Shown here piece after piece: positions 30,783 through 40,160 of a stretch of 48,151 nt of DNA. Numbering within the stretch: the stretch's first letter is position 1; each line of letters starts with the position of its first letter. Location of the stretch: assembly GCA_016200645.1 (NCBI GenBank), contig JACQEJ010000096.1:1-48151 (forward strand), read 5' to 3'. This stretch comes from Deltaproteobacteria bacterium. GTDB taxonomy: Bacteria > Desulfobacterota > GWC2-55-46 > UBA9637. The notes below the pieces were generated by a model that was not told the origin of the DNA, made no database searches, and was given only the letters and a program-made list of their open reading frames with translations. Position numbers and translations under genes: made by a program.

Positions 30783-33605
30783 TCACCCTGTATTTCTCAG
30801 TCCGGCTGCAACACAGTTTATGCTCATCATAAGGGCTGCAATTAATTTTTCTCTTTCATTGCCGCTTGTCCTTTCATGCCTCAGCCTTTCTAAAAGTATG
30901 ACCTGGATATAATTTACCGGGTCTATGCTCGGCCTTCTCATGTTTATTGACCTCTGAAGAAACGGGCTGTTATCCAGCATATTTTTCTGCCCGGTAATCT
31001 TTAAAAGCATTTTTATTGTCAGGTTAAACTCTCTATCGATCTTTTCATATATTCTGTCTCTTATCTTTTTATCCTTTACAAGCGAGGAATAAAGCCTTGC
31101 AATGGTCATATCGGATTTTGCGATGACCATCTGAATATTATCCACAAGGTTATTGAAAAACGGCCATTTCTCATACATCTCCTGAAGCATCCTTTCCCGT
31201 GACGCATCATTTTTTATAAATGCCTTCAGGCTGGAGCCGAACGGATACCATCCCGGTATGATGTGCCTGCTCTGGTTCCAGCTGAAAACCCACGGGATTG
31301 CGCGCAAATCCTCTACCCCGCCTTTCCCTTTTCTGTAGGTCGGTCTGGAGCCTATCTTCAGGTGCTCCAGTTCTTGTATTGGAGTGGCCTGATAAAAGTA
31401 TGTGAGGAAATCAGGGTCGTCAACCAGCTCCCTGTAGAGCCCGTATGATATTTCAGATATTTCCTTGAATGCCTCTTCAAATATATTTTCTTTCTTTGAC
31501 TGTTCACTGTTAACTGTTAACTGTTCACTGCCTAATGTCGCTTCCATAGCCCCGGCTACGAGCATATTTAAGTTATACAATGCCGTGCCGAGGTTTGCGT
31601 ATTTGGACGATATAACCTCGCCCTGCTCCGTTATTTTTATCAAGCCGTTCACTGTGCCGCGCGGCTGGGCAAGGATTGCCTTATGCGTCGGACCGCCGCC
31701 CCTGCCCACGGTGCCGCCCCTTCCGTGAAAGAATTTGAGTTTGATTTGATATTCTGCCGCCGTCTCGGTGATTATCTTCTGGGCATGGTAGAGCTCCCAG
31801 CTGGAGGTCAATATCCCGCCGTCCTTGCAGCTGTCCGAATAACCGAGCATAACCTCCTGGATATTATCCCTCTTTGCCAGATATCGTTTGTAGACCGGAT
31901 TTGAAAAGAGAGATTTTAATATTATCGGCGCCCTTCTTAAGTCATCTATGGTTTCAAAGAGCGGAACTATATCAAGCCGGTTAAACAGCTCATGGTCGTC
32001 GCTCGTTCCGCAAAGCCCTGCCTCTTTGGCCAAAAGCTGGACTGTCAGGATATCGCTGGCGTTGTGCGTCATGCTGACAATATAAGAGCCGATAGAATCC
32101 CAGCTTATCCTATCCTGGGCGTGCCTGATTACCCTGAATGTTTCCAGAACCTCCCGCGTTTCCGGAGAGAGGCGAACATAGTCCGGCACCAGAGGCCGCA
32201 GGGAGGTAAGCTCTCCGGAAAGAAGCCTCATCTTGTCCTGTTCCGACAAGGCAAGGTATCCTGATTTCACAACGTCGGCCTTTTCCAGAAGCTCTGCCGC
32301 AGCCATTCTGTGAACTTCGCTGTGCTGCCGTATATCCAGCTTCGCCAGATGAAATCCAAAGGTCAACGTCTGCCATATTAGGGGATATATCTCAAGACGC
32401 GCAATCCTTTCTCCTTTATGAGCCGATAAGCTTCTTTGAATGATGTTTAAATCCTCTATAAACTCCTCTCTGTCTCTGTAAGAAAACCCTTCCCTGTTTG
32501 CAGCGGTATTTTCAAGCTTTTTCTTGATAAGCGAAAGTTTCTGCCGGTACGGCTCATGCGGATTTCTCGCTATAATCTTTTCTCCCTCAACTCCCATATC
32601 TCTGGCATCTTTCTTGATAGAGATAAGGAGCTCCTTGCTCGGCAGGATAAGCTGCCGGGATATGCTGAGCCGGGATATCAGATGCGAGACGATTTCTCTA
32701 TACTGAGAAAGGACTAACTCCTTGTGGGAATTCAGGGTCCACCTCGTCTTCTCGCCGGTAACAAAGGGATTTCCATCCCTGTCGCCCCCTATCCAGCTGC
32801 CAAAGGATAATAAAGGTGGAATTGAAAAATTATAATTTGGATAGTATTTGCGGAGATAATACAAAAGTTCATCATGCAGCATAGGGAGAACTTCAAAAAA
32901 TGTCTTATTGAAATAAAAAAGGCCGTTTTGAACCTCCTCTTCCACCTTTGGACTTTCAAGCCTTATATCGCCTGTCTGCCAGAGTTTCTGAACCTCCCCG
33001 AGTATCTCTTCCCGTATGACCTCTTTTTCCCGGTTGGTCCAGATGGGGTTTTCTTTCCGGAATATCGCCAGATATATCCTTCTGTGTTTTTCCAGAACTG
33101 TTCTTCGTTTCACCTCCGTAGGATGGGCGGTTATTACCGGTGAAATCGCCAGTTGATTCAAAAGAAATTGTATCTTTTCAGGACGAATCCCTTTTTTCCT
33201 GAATGCCCTGATGCACTCATCCAGAGAGCCCGGCACAGGTTCCCCTTGCCGCTGAATCCTTCTCCTGTCCTGCATGCCGAAATTTTCCTCTGCCAGATTG
33301 ACAAGCTGAAAATTGATGGAATATGCCTGAATAATCTGAGCCGTTTCATCAAGCCTGAGGCCTTTTATCTTTTTAAAGAGTTTGGAGGATGTTGACGAAA
33401 CGGAGGGGGACGGGACTACGCCGTTCCCGGCAGATGCGCTCAGCTCTTCCATCACCTTGAGCAATCTTTTCCCAATCTGCTCAAGAAGGACATCAGAGAG
33501 GATTGCCTTTAGATATGCTATGTCATTAACAAGGGTGTTATCCTGATACATACCGTACGCAGCAAGCAAGGGGCGGCGCCCCTGTGCCCGCCCCAATAAG
33601 GGCAA
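30783..33605 (-). CDS. ppc: Phosphoenolpyruvate carboxylase
   Basis: VITAHPTEVKRRTV and FHGRGGTVGRGGGP motifs, C-terminal GLRNTG. The start is uncertain: TTG at 33605 lies in repeat-like sequence, and ATG at 33551 (MYQDNTL) is the alternative. Confidence 0.9.
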   Translation of the reverse strand: MPLLGRAQGRRPLLAAYGMYQDNTLVNDIAYLKAILSDVLLEQIGKRLLKVMEELSASAGNGVVPSPSVSSTSSKLFKKIKGLRLDETAQIIQAYSINFQLVNLAEENFGMQDRRRIQRQGEPVPGSLDECIRAFRKKGIRPEKIQFLLNQLAISPVITAHPTEVKRRTVLEKHRRIYLAIFRKENPIWTNREKEVIREEILGEVQKLWQTGDIRLESPKVEEEVQNGLFYFNKTFFEVLPMLHDELLYYLRKYYPNYNFSIPPLLSFGSWIGGDRDGNPFVTGEKTRWTLNSHKELVLSQYREIVSHLISRLSISRQLILPSKELLISIKKDARDMGVEGEKIIARNPHEPYRQKLSLIKKKLENTAANREGFSYRDREEFIEDLNIIQRSLSAHKGERIARLEIYPLIWQTLTFGFHLAKLDIRQHSEVHRMAAAELLEKADVVKSGYLALSEQDKMRLLSGELTSLRPLVPDYVRLSPETREVLETFRVIRHAQDRISWDSIGSYIVSMTHNASDILTVQLLAKEAGLCGTSDDHELFNRLDIVPLFETIDDLRRAPIILKSLFSNPVYKRYLAKRDNIQEVMLGYSDSCKDGGILTSSWELYHAQKIITETAAEYQIKLKFFHGRGGTVGRGGGPTHKAILAQPRGTVNGLIKITEQGEVISSKYANLGTALYNLNMLVAGAMEATLGSEQLTVNSEQSKKENIFEEAFKEISEISYGLYRELVDDPDFLTYFYQATPIQELEHLKIGSRPTYRKGKGGVEDLRAIPWVFSWNQSRHIIPGWYPFGSSLKAFIKNDASRERMLQEMYEKWPFFNNLVDNIQMVIAKSDMTIARLYSSLVKDKKIRDRIYEKIDREFNLTIKMLLKITGQKNMLDNSPFLQRSINMRRPSIDPVNYIQVILLERLRHERTSGNEREKLIAALMMSINCVAAGLRNTG
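31498..31532. repeat. In-frame CACTGTT/TTAACTG heptamer tract inside ppc
   Basis: tgactgttcactgttaactgttaactgttcactgcc. Encodes GSEQLTVNSEQS on the minus strand. Confidence 0.85.
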
Positions 33606-33619
33606 CCAGAGGGCTGCCC

Positions 33620-34009
33620 CTACTGTTCACAGTTTGAAGTTCTGTGCAGATGGTTTTCTATGGTCTGTAAAAATGACTTTATATTTATCGGCTTTGCAAT
33701 ATAATCATTAAATCCCTCCTTTAAAAAATCTTCCCGGTCGCCTTTCATCGCATGGGCTGTTAATGCAATGATGACAATATTATTTGCCGAGGAATGTTCC
33801 CGCACCCTGCGGGCAACTGTAACCCCGTCTATTTTAGGAAGCTGAATGTCAAGAAGCACCAGGTCCGGCGCCTCAGTCAGCGTTTTTGCAAGCCCCGTTT
33901 CGCCATCCATGGCCTCCATTACCGTATATCCTTGCGAGAGGAGGAGGTCGCGGAAAAGCTCCATATTCTGTTCATTGTCTTCGACTATTAAAACTTTTTT
34001 CCCGGCCAT
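33620..34009 (-). CDS. Single-domain response regulator (CheY-like receiver)
   Basis: KVLIVEDNEQN..DLVLLDIQLPKIDG..ALTAHAMKGD; 129 aa. Confidence 0.9.
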   Translation of the reverse strand: MAGKKVLIVEDNEQNMELFRDLLLSQGYTVMEAMDGETGLAKTLTEAPDLVLLDIQLPKIDGVTVARRVREHSSANNIVIIALTAHAMKGDREDFLKEGFNDYIAKPINIKSFLQTIENHLHRTSNCEQ

Positions 34010-34026
34010 TCTACACTCCTGAAAAT

Positions 34027-34079
34027 ACCGTAAGTCGTAAGTCGGAAGTAGTTACCACTTACTACTTACAACTTACTGT
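34027..34079. repeat. Mirrored heptamer hairpin (CGTAAGT words) between kinase and regulator genes
   Basis: Left arm cgtaagtcgtaagtcggaagtagt, right arm accacttactacttacaacttactg. Overlaps the kinase stop. Confidence 0.85.
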
Positions 34080-37000
34080 TTTTGTATGCCGCAACCCTGT
34101 CTCCGCCTATCCCCCTGGCTTCTGCCAGCGCCTTGCGGGCCGCTGTCATAAATCCTTCCAGGTTATGGGCATCATCAAGATATGTCGCCACCCCAACGCA
34201 CGCGCTTATCTTTCCTCCGGGCTGGTTTTCCGCATTGTAAAAAGGGTAACTCTCAATAATAGTTTTGAATCTCTTTGCCAGCTGCAGGGCAGGGGATTTT
34301 GGCGTATTGGGGAGGAGTATCGCCAGCTCATCCCTCCCGTATCTCACTGCCGTATCATAACCCCGGAGTGTCTTTTTTATCAGCTCCGCTGTCTTTCTCA
34401 GCACGGCATTGCCGTGAAACTCTCCATTTCTGCCGATATACCCAGGAAGGTCGTCTATAGCTATCATCAAGAGGGAGCATGATTGTTTGTATCTGTCCAC
34501 CCTCTTTATCTCCTGACCCAGCCTGATATTCAGATAACGGTGATTAAAAAGCCCGGTAATCTCATCCACCAGTCCCGCCCTTTTCGGGTAGAGGTATTCC
34601 AGCTCCCTTATCTGCTCTACCAGATATTCTTTTGAGAAAGAGCCCCGCTGGATAACCCGGTCAATGTATCCCATAACCTTAAGCCTTTCGTCAATCTCCA
34701 TCTCCTTTTCAGTCAGGAGAAATACAGGTATTCCATGGGTTGCCGGGGTGGTTTTTAATTTATGTATGATATCAAAACTGCTGATGCCGTCGTCCAGGCC
34801 GTTAAACATTATATCAATGATGATAATATCCGGTTTGGCAACCAGGGCAAGCTCAATGCCTTCCCCCCCGCTCTTCACGCTTGATACGGAAAACCCTTCG
34901 ACTTCTAATGTTGAGGTTAAAAGTTTTACCATCTCCTCATCTTTCTCTATCAGGAGGATGCTGGCGGGTTGTCTCGATTTTCTGAACATGGGTCTGAATT
35001 CATTGAGCCTTTGAATAAGCCTGGCGCCGTCCACAGGTTTTATGAGATAATCCGCCGCGCCGAGGACAAAACCAAGCTCTTTGTTATCTATGATTGAATT
35101 TATGATGACAGGAATATCTTTTGTCTCCTCGCCGCTCTTTAATGTCTGCAGCACCTCCCAGCCGTCTTTGTTGGGGAGCATGATATCAAGGGTTATGGCA
35201 AAGGGCTTTAACACCCGCGCCTTCTTAACGGCGTCATTTCCGTCAAAGGCATGGGCAACAGAGTAGCCTGCCTTTACCAGATGGATGGTGATAAGCTCGG
35301 ATGTGGGAGGGTCATCCTCCACCACCAGCACCAGAGGCGCATTTGCTTTACCATCACACCAACCAGGTTGGTGTGATGGTAAATCCTGCAAATGCCCCTC
35401 AACAACCGGCAGAGGATGGCTGATGGCAGAGGCTTTAGGCTGAGATCCTTGAAAAGCATCGGAGGCGGCCATCGGCAGGACAAAGCCGAAGGTAGAACCC
35501 TGACCGAACCGGCTTTCAGCCCATATCATCCCGCCGTGGAGCTCCACCAGTCTTTTGGTCAGCGCAAGGCCTAGTCCCAGCCCCTCGTGCCTTCTGGAAT
35601 AACTCCCGTCCACCTGTTCAAACTCCTCAAAGAGCCGTTCCATATCATTCGGTTTTATACCGATGCCGGTATCAATAACTGAAATCTTTAGCCATGAAGC
35701 CGGAAACGGCGGACTGGCTGCAGAAAAGGATTTTCCCGATCCTCCGCTTCCTGCTTCCCACATCCCGGCTTGAAGAATAACTTTGCCATTCTGAGGGGTA
35801 AATTTGATTGCATTGCTTAAAAGATTGTAGAGTATCTGCTTGAATTTTATCCCGTCTGCCGTTATCTCCGGCAGGTCCGGGTTTAATTGTAATTCAAGGG
35901 TTACCCCATGTTTATTAGCCAGCGGCTGCACAATGCCCAGCACTTCATTCACGATGGCTGAAAGGGGGAAAGTGGAATAATCCAGGGTCATCTTGCCCGC
36001 CTCTATTTTTGCGATATCCAGGATATTATTGATAAGCTGCAGGAGATGCCTGCCTGATGTCAGGACATTATTTATATATCTCGCCTGTTTATCATTCAGG
36101 CTGCCAAAGGTATCGGTCAAGAGAATCTCTGAAAAACCTAAGATAGAATTGAGCGGTGTTCTCAACTCATGGCTCATATTGGTGATAAACTGGTTTTTGA
36201 CCTTGTCCGACCTTTCCAGTTGTTTATTGGCCTTCTCCAACTCCATTGTCCTTTCCAGTATCCTCTCCTCGAGCCTGTCGTTAATCTCTTTCAGCTCCCT
36301 GTTCTTTTTATCTATTTCGAGCCGTATCTTTTTTTCTTCCGTTATATCCTTGCTGATGCCAACGGTTCCGATCACCTTTCCCGTCCAATTGCCCAGCTGG
36401 GAAAGGGTAAGGCTTATGTCAACGATCCTCCCGTCCTTTGCCACAAGCTGGGTTTCATAATTGGAGATACTATCTTCCTTTTCCAGCTTGCTCAGTATGT
36501 TATTCCTTTCATCCCTGTTGCGGTACAGTGTGGATACAGCTCTGCCGATGACCTCATCTCTCCTATATCCAAGAATTGTTTCTGCCCCCCGGTTAAATTC
36601 AACAATCTTTCCCTCGGTATCGGTAGTGATGATGACATCAGCCGAGTCATTTAAGACATTTTTCAGATAATCCTTTGCCTCAAGGAGGGCGTCGTTTTTA
36701 TCCTCCAATTCTTTCAGAAGCTGAAATTTTTCTATGGCAAAGGTGGCCTGGGCTCCGAGCAGACTCAGGAAAGATATTTCGTTTGAGGTAAACCTGCGTG
36801 GTTTAAAATCATCTATGTAGAGGATGCCGATGATGCGGCTGTTGGCAAGAAGCGGTATGGCGATGAGAGACCTTATGCCTTCATCAAGCATGAGCGGGTT
36901 ATTGAACAGAGGCTCTTTTTTTATATCAGATATGACAACGGGCTTTCTTGCGCCGAGGATGTGGCTGGTCATGCCGTTTGGCCTTGCCTTCCATCTGTCA

Positions 37001-37548
37001 ACCTCAAGAAATTTTTGAGAAAGGCCTTTGCTGGCCGCAATCCTTAACTCTCCGGAGCCTGCGTCGTACAGCGCAATGCTTCCTGCGGGCGCATTTACAA
37101 ACTCGGTGGATTTCTTTATTATGATATCCAATACATCTTCCAGATGGTGGGCGGAGGCAAGTATTACACCGATATTATATAGCTCCTTTAACTCATTTAC
37201 ATTTTTATTTAAATCTTCCTGATCCTTTTTAAGTCTGCTTAAAAGCTCCCATACAAGCTTTGCGCTCATCCCCTCTACAATTTCCGCCTTAAGCCTTCTC
37301 TTTTTTCTGATACCCTTTGAGACGGCATCGCTGCCGGTAACATTAATGACGATATCTATATCTTTTATCTTGAGAAGTTCGTTGTAATCTTTTGCGGCGG
37401 GTATATTGAAATGTCTTGCCAGTTTTATCCCTGGGGCCTTTTCATCTTTATCAGCGATGCCGATCACCTCAATATCAGGCATATCTTGTAAAAGGGCAAG
37501 CAATGCATAACCGCCCTTGCCTGCGCCTATGATAGCTATCTTTTTCAT
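34066..37548 (-). CDS. Multidomain sensor: Rossmann-like N-domain, GAF, PAS, HisKA, HATPase_c, two receiver domains, degenerate GGDEF
   Basis: IAIIGAGKGG N-terminus. H-box MSHELRTPLNS. DTGIGI and GLGLGLA ATPase boxes. Receiver domains LVVEDD..LDIMLPNKDG and ILLIEKDEE. C-terminal RGYDTAVRYGRDELAILL in place of GGDEF; 1160 aa. Confidence 0.85.
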   Translation of the reverse strand: MKKIAIIGAGKGGYALLALLQDMPDIEVIGIADKDEKAPGIKLARHFNIPAAKDYNELLKIKDIDIVINVTGSDAVSKGIRKKRRLKAEIVEGMSAKLVWELLSRLKKDQEDLNKNVNELKELYNIGVILASAHHLEDVLDIIIKKSTEFVNAPAGSIALYDAGSGELRIAASKGLSQKFLEVDRWKARPNGMTSHILGARKPVVISDIKKEPLFNNPLMLDEGIRSLIAIPLLANSRIIGILYIDDFKPRRFTSNEISFLSLLGAQATFAIEKFQLLKELEDKNDALLEAKDYLKNVLNDSADVIITTDTEGKIVEFNRGAETILGYRRDEVIGRAVSTLYRNRDERNNILSKLEKEDSISNYETQLVAKDGRIVDISLTLSQLGNWTGKVIGTVGISKDITEEKKIRLEIDKKNRELKEINDRLEERILERTMELEKANKQLERSDKVKNQFITNMSHELRTPLNSILGFSEILLTDTFGSLNDKQARYINNVLTSGRHLLQLINNILDIAKIEAGKMTLDYSTFPLSAIVNEVLGIVQPLANKHGVTLELQLNPDLPEITADGIKFKQILYNLLSNAIKFTPQNGKVILQAGMWEAGSGGSGKSFSAASPPFPASWLKISVIDTGIGIKPNDMERLFEEFEQVDGSYSRRHEGLGLGLALTKRLVELHGGMIWAESRFGQGSTFGFVLPMAASDAFQGSQPKASAISHPLPVVEGHLQDLPSHQPGWCDGKANAPLVLVVEDDPPTSELITIHLVKAGYSVAHAFDGNDAVKKARVLKPFAITLDIMLPNKDGWEVLQTLKSGEETKDIPVIINSIIDNKELGFVLGAADYLIKPVDGARLIQRLNEFRPMFRKSRQPASILLIEKDEEMVKLLTSTLEVEGFSVSSVKSGGEGIELALVAKPDIIIIDIMFNGLDDGISSFDIIHKLKTTPATHGIPVFLLTEKEMEIDERLKVMGYIDRVIQRGSFSKEYLVEQIRELEYLYPKRAGLVDEITGLFNHRYLNIRLGQEIKRVDRYKQSCSLLMIAIDDLPGYIGRNGEFHGNAVLRKTAELIKKTLRGYDTAVRYGRDELAILLPNTPKSPALQLAKRFKTIIESYPFYNAENQPGGKISACVGVATYLDDAHNLEGFMTAARKALAEARGIGGDRVAAYKNSKL
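35347..35383. repeat. Perfect palindrome related to family P1 (CACACCAA..TTGGTGTG core), in frame in the kinase linker
   Basis: tttaccatcacaccaaccaggttggtgtgatggtaaa. Encodes LPSHQPGWCDGK between the ATPase domain and the first receiver. Confidence 0.85.
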
Positions 37549-37551
37549 CCG

Positions 37552-37845
37552 TCAGGCCTCTTTTACCCCGTTGCGCTCGTCTATTCTCTGCTGGAAGAGA
37601 CGGGTTGCGAGTTGCCAGTTGCGAGTTCTTACCCGCAACCCGTAACCCGCAACTTTCAACCCCTTCTCGTTCAAAACAACCATATCGTTTGTGTCAGCAA
37701 GAAAATTTTTATGGCAAAACAAATTTTGCAGTGCTTCTTTACCCGACCCCAGTGCCTTCGTATTTTGCATTGCAAGGCAGGTTTCCAGAGACTTCATTGC
37801 AGCACGTTCAGTGGGGTCTTGGCTCAGGGAAATTTTGATCCACAC
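37552..37845 (-). CDS. Hypothetical protein (doubtful); partly encoded by a repeat hairpin
   Basis: 97-codon ORF ending 3 nt before the kinase start. No recognisable motif. Codons KVAGYGLRVRTRNWQLAT come from hairpin 37601-37654. Confidence 0.3.
   Translation of the reverse strand: MWIKISLSQDPTERAAMKSLETCLAMQNTKALGSGKEALQNLFCHKNFLADTNDMVVLNEKGLKVAGYGLRVRTRNWQLATRLFQQRIDERNGVKEA
37601..37654. repeat. Mirrored heptamer hairpin (GTTGCGA words)
   Basis: Left arm gggttgcgagttgccagttgcgagtt, right arm acccgcaacccgtaacccgcaact. Confidence 0.85.
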
Positions 37846-37936
37846 TGCCGTCCTAATGGTGCTGTGCTAATGTGTTTTGCCATAAAAATTTTCTTGCTGA
37901 CACAAAGGATTTATATTTCTCAAAAAATTTTAACAA

Positions 37937-38725
37937 TTATCCTCTATGGGTGTCAAGGTGAAATCTTTTCTTTAATTCACGGAGAATCATGTTTGCATCC
38001 TCGTTCAGTTTATTCGCCGATTTCAGATTTTCAGAATCGCCTTTGCCAAAAACATACGCTGCGTATAAGCGCGTAGCTTTTGATTTGAGCGATATAGCCT
38101 TTTTCAGCATTTGATGCCATTCTGCCCTTGCTTTTGGGGGTTCTATGGAATTGAGCATCTGAATCATTATTACATAATGCTGGCGAAGTTTCTTCAGTTT
38201 TTCAGGATTCAACCGCGCGGTTCTTTTCATGCTTATCATTTTCGATATATCGTTTGTCCTCTTGCTGATGAACATTGCCTCCCTTATTATTTCAGGAATT
38301 TTTGTTGTAAATTTTTGCTCGTCAAAAACTACCGGCGCTTGTTCTTTTGGATTGGATAAAAGCACGGCTGCCTGAAGCCTCACGCGGTAGAGCCTTTCCT
38401 TATCTTCCTTGCCTTCGTTTAATATCTTGTATGTCTTTACATAACCCTTGCATTTTGCGACTATCTCATCTTTTACCGCCGCGTAACTCTCCACTTCCGT
38501 CTCTGCATTTACAAATACCCCTTTTGCCTGCTCCACTGCAATCCTCAGTCCGTCATCAATAGCAGACCTCCTTGCATCGGCTACATCGCCTTTGATGGTT
38601 CCAACGCCGTCCGCTGTTACGGTAATGGCCTCATCTTCTCCGCTGCTTTCTTGCTCTACACCATAGACAGTCAATGAGCATAAATTCATAAACACAAATA
38701 AGGAAAAAACAAATAATCTTTTCAT
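37937..38725 (-). CDS. Secreted hypothetical protein with N-terminal signal peptide
   Basis: MKRLFVFSLFVFMNLCSLTVYG hydrophobic leader; 262 aa. No family confidently recognised. Confidence 0.65.
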   Translation of the reverse strand: MKRLFVFSLFVFMNLCSLTVYGVEQESSGEDEAITVTADGVGTIKGDVADARRSAIDDGLRIAVEQAKGVFVNAETEVESYAAVKDEIVAKCKGYVKTYKILNEGKEDKERLYRVRLQAAVLLSNPKEQAPVVFDEQKFTTKIPEIIREAMFISKRTNDISKMISMKRTARLNPEKLKKLRQHYVIMIQMLNSIEPPKARAEWHQMLKKAISLKSKATRLYAAYVFGKGDSENLKSANKLNEDANMILRELKKRFHLDTHRG

Positions 38726-39011
38726 ACATTACCCTCCCTGATTTTTTTATTAGCATTTTATCTCTTTTTCGGCAGTAATTGCCAGCGCTATTTTTGAGCG
38801 GCCTACAAACAGTATGCTCCTACGGAGCAAAAGACAAAAAGCCATATCAAAGCCTCGTAAGATGTTGAAAATTGAGAATTGTTTTTTTCTATGCTTATCA
38901 TTTCAACTTTTTTACGAAAGAGCCCTAATATCTTAATTATATTAGGCCTTTTTACTTATTTAATAATTGTTAAGTTTGCAAGTTAAGATATTTCTGTGGC
39001 AAACTTTTATC

Positions 39012-39040
39012 TTGACAAATATACTAAAGTATTATACAAG
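39012..39040 (+). promoter_or_regulatory. Possible promoter for the cysM block
   Basis: TTGACA 39012-39017. The -10 is ambiguous: TATACA with a 15-nt spacer, or TACAAG with 17 nt. Confidence 0.3.
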
Positions 39041-39061
39041 AGTAAAAGACTCAACTTTTCA

Positions 39062-39091
39062 CCCCCACACCAAAAGATTTTGGTGTGGGGG
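39062..39091. repeat. Palindromic element family P1 in the cysM 5' leader
   Basis: cccccacaccaaaagattttggtgtggggg, about 30 nt upstream of the cysM ATG. Confidence 0.9.
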
Positions 39092-39119
39092 ATTCGCTTA
39101 ATCCGGGAGATAAAAAAAT

Positions 39120-40073
39120 ATGGGCAGGCATCCTGCTTTTGATTCACAAAAAGTTATATGGGATTTAAGGCAGCCGCGGCAAACTATCGTTGAAATGGTC
39201 GGCAATACGCCGCTGGTTAAGATAAACAGGATTACCAAACACCTCCCGGAATCGGTAGAGATTTACGCAAAGGTTGAGGCGTATAATCCAGGCGGGTCTG
39301 TAAAAGACAGGGCTGCCAAGCGGATGATTGAGGATGCGGAAAAGAGCGGCAGGCTTACAAAGGATAAGATAATCCTTGATTCAACATCCGGCAACACCGG
39401 GATTGCATACGCATGGATCGGCGCGGTAAAGGGTTACGGCGTTGAGCTGGTGGTGCCTCAAAATGTGAGCGAAGAGAGGAAGAAGATACTCAGGGCATTC
39501 GGCGCAAAGGTGGTATTTTCAAATCCTCTGGAGGGTTCGGACGGCGCTATAAGGCTTGCATGGAAACTCTATGTAGACAATCCGGATAAATACTGCAAGC
39601 TTGACCAGTATAATAACCCATCCAACCCTCAGGCCCATTATGATACAACAGGCCCAGAAATCATAGAGCAGACGGACGGCAGAATCACCCATTTTGTGGC
39701 AAGCATTGGAACCAGCGGCACTATCATGGGCACGGGGAGGAGAATGAAGGAATATAATCCTGCCATACAGGTGATACAGGTGGAACCTGCAACCCCTCTC
39801 CACGGTCTGGAAGGATTAAAGCATATGGCTACCTCCATTGTCCCGGGCATATATCATCCGGAAAAATTGGACGGCAAGGTATCCGCGCCAACGGAAGAGT
39901 CGTATGACATGGCAAAGAGGCTTGCGCGGGAGGAAGGGCTTTTTGTGGGCCAGTCGTCCGGCGCCGCCATGTGGGGCGCCCTGGAGGCGGCAAAGAATCT
40001 GAAGGAGGGTCTTATCGTGGTTTTATTCCCCGACGGGGGAGACAGGTATCTTTCTACGAGGCTGTGGGAGTAA
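39120..40073 (+). CDS. cysM: Cysteine synthase, CysM-like PLP enzyme
   Basis: NPGGSVKDRAA (PLP lysine), STSGNTGIAYAW and GTSGTIMG motifs; 317 aa. Confidence 0.85.
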   Translation: MGRHPAFDSQKVIWDLRQPRQTIVEMVGNTPLVKINRITKHLPESVEIYAKVEAYNPGGSVKDRAAKRMIEDAEKSGRLTKDKIILDSTSGNTGIAYAWIGAVKGYGVELVVPQNVSEERKKILRAFGAKVVFSNPLEGSDGAIRLAWKLYVDNPDKYCKLDQYNNPSNPQAHYDTTGPEIIEQTDGRITHFVASIGTSGTIMGTGRRMKEYNPAIQVIQVEPATPLHGLEGLKHMATSIVPGIYHPEKLDGKVSAPTEESYDMAKRLAREEGLFVGQSSGAAMWGALEAAKNLKEGLIVVLFPDGGDRYLSTRLWE

Positions 40074-40153
40074 AACAGTCTAAAAGTTGTTAGTCTACAA
40101 GCCTACAAGTTTTAAAACTTTTAGTCTAACGACTTGTAGGCTCTTAGGCTGTA
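40072..40153. repeat. 82-nt structured element, copy 1 (upstream of the JAMM gene)
   Basis: aaaacagtctaaaagttgttagtctacaagcctacaagttttaaaacttttagtctaacgacttgtaggc... Near-identical to 40610-40692. Confidence 0.9.
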
Positions 40154-40160
40154 TTTAATT

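Noticed and set aside
37552-37845. 97-codon ORF upstream of the kinase as a functional partner protein (for example an anti-sigma antagonist-like protein).
   Set aside because: It has no recognisable motif, and about a fifth of it is encoded by a repeat hairpin. It is kept only as a low-confidence CDS.
38921-38955. Hairpin gccctaatat..atattaggc followed by CTTTTTA on the plus strand, as terminator of an orphan sRNA in the 38726-39119 spacer.
   Set aside because: There is no convincing promoter or conserved structure upstream, and the short A/T-rich stem could be fortuitous. It is left unannotated.
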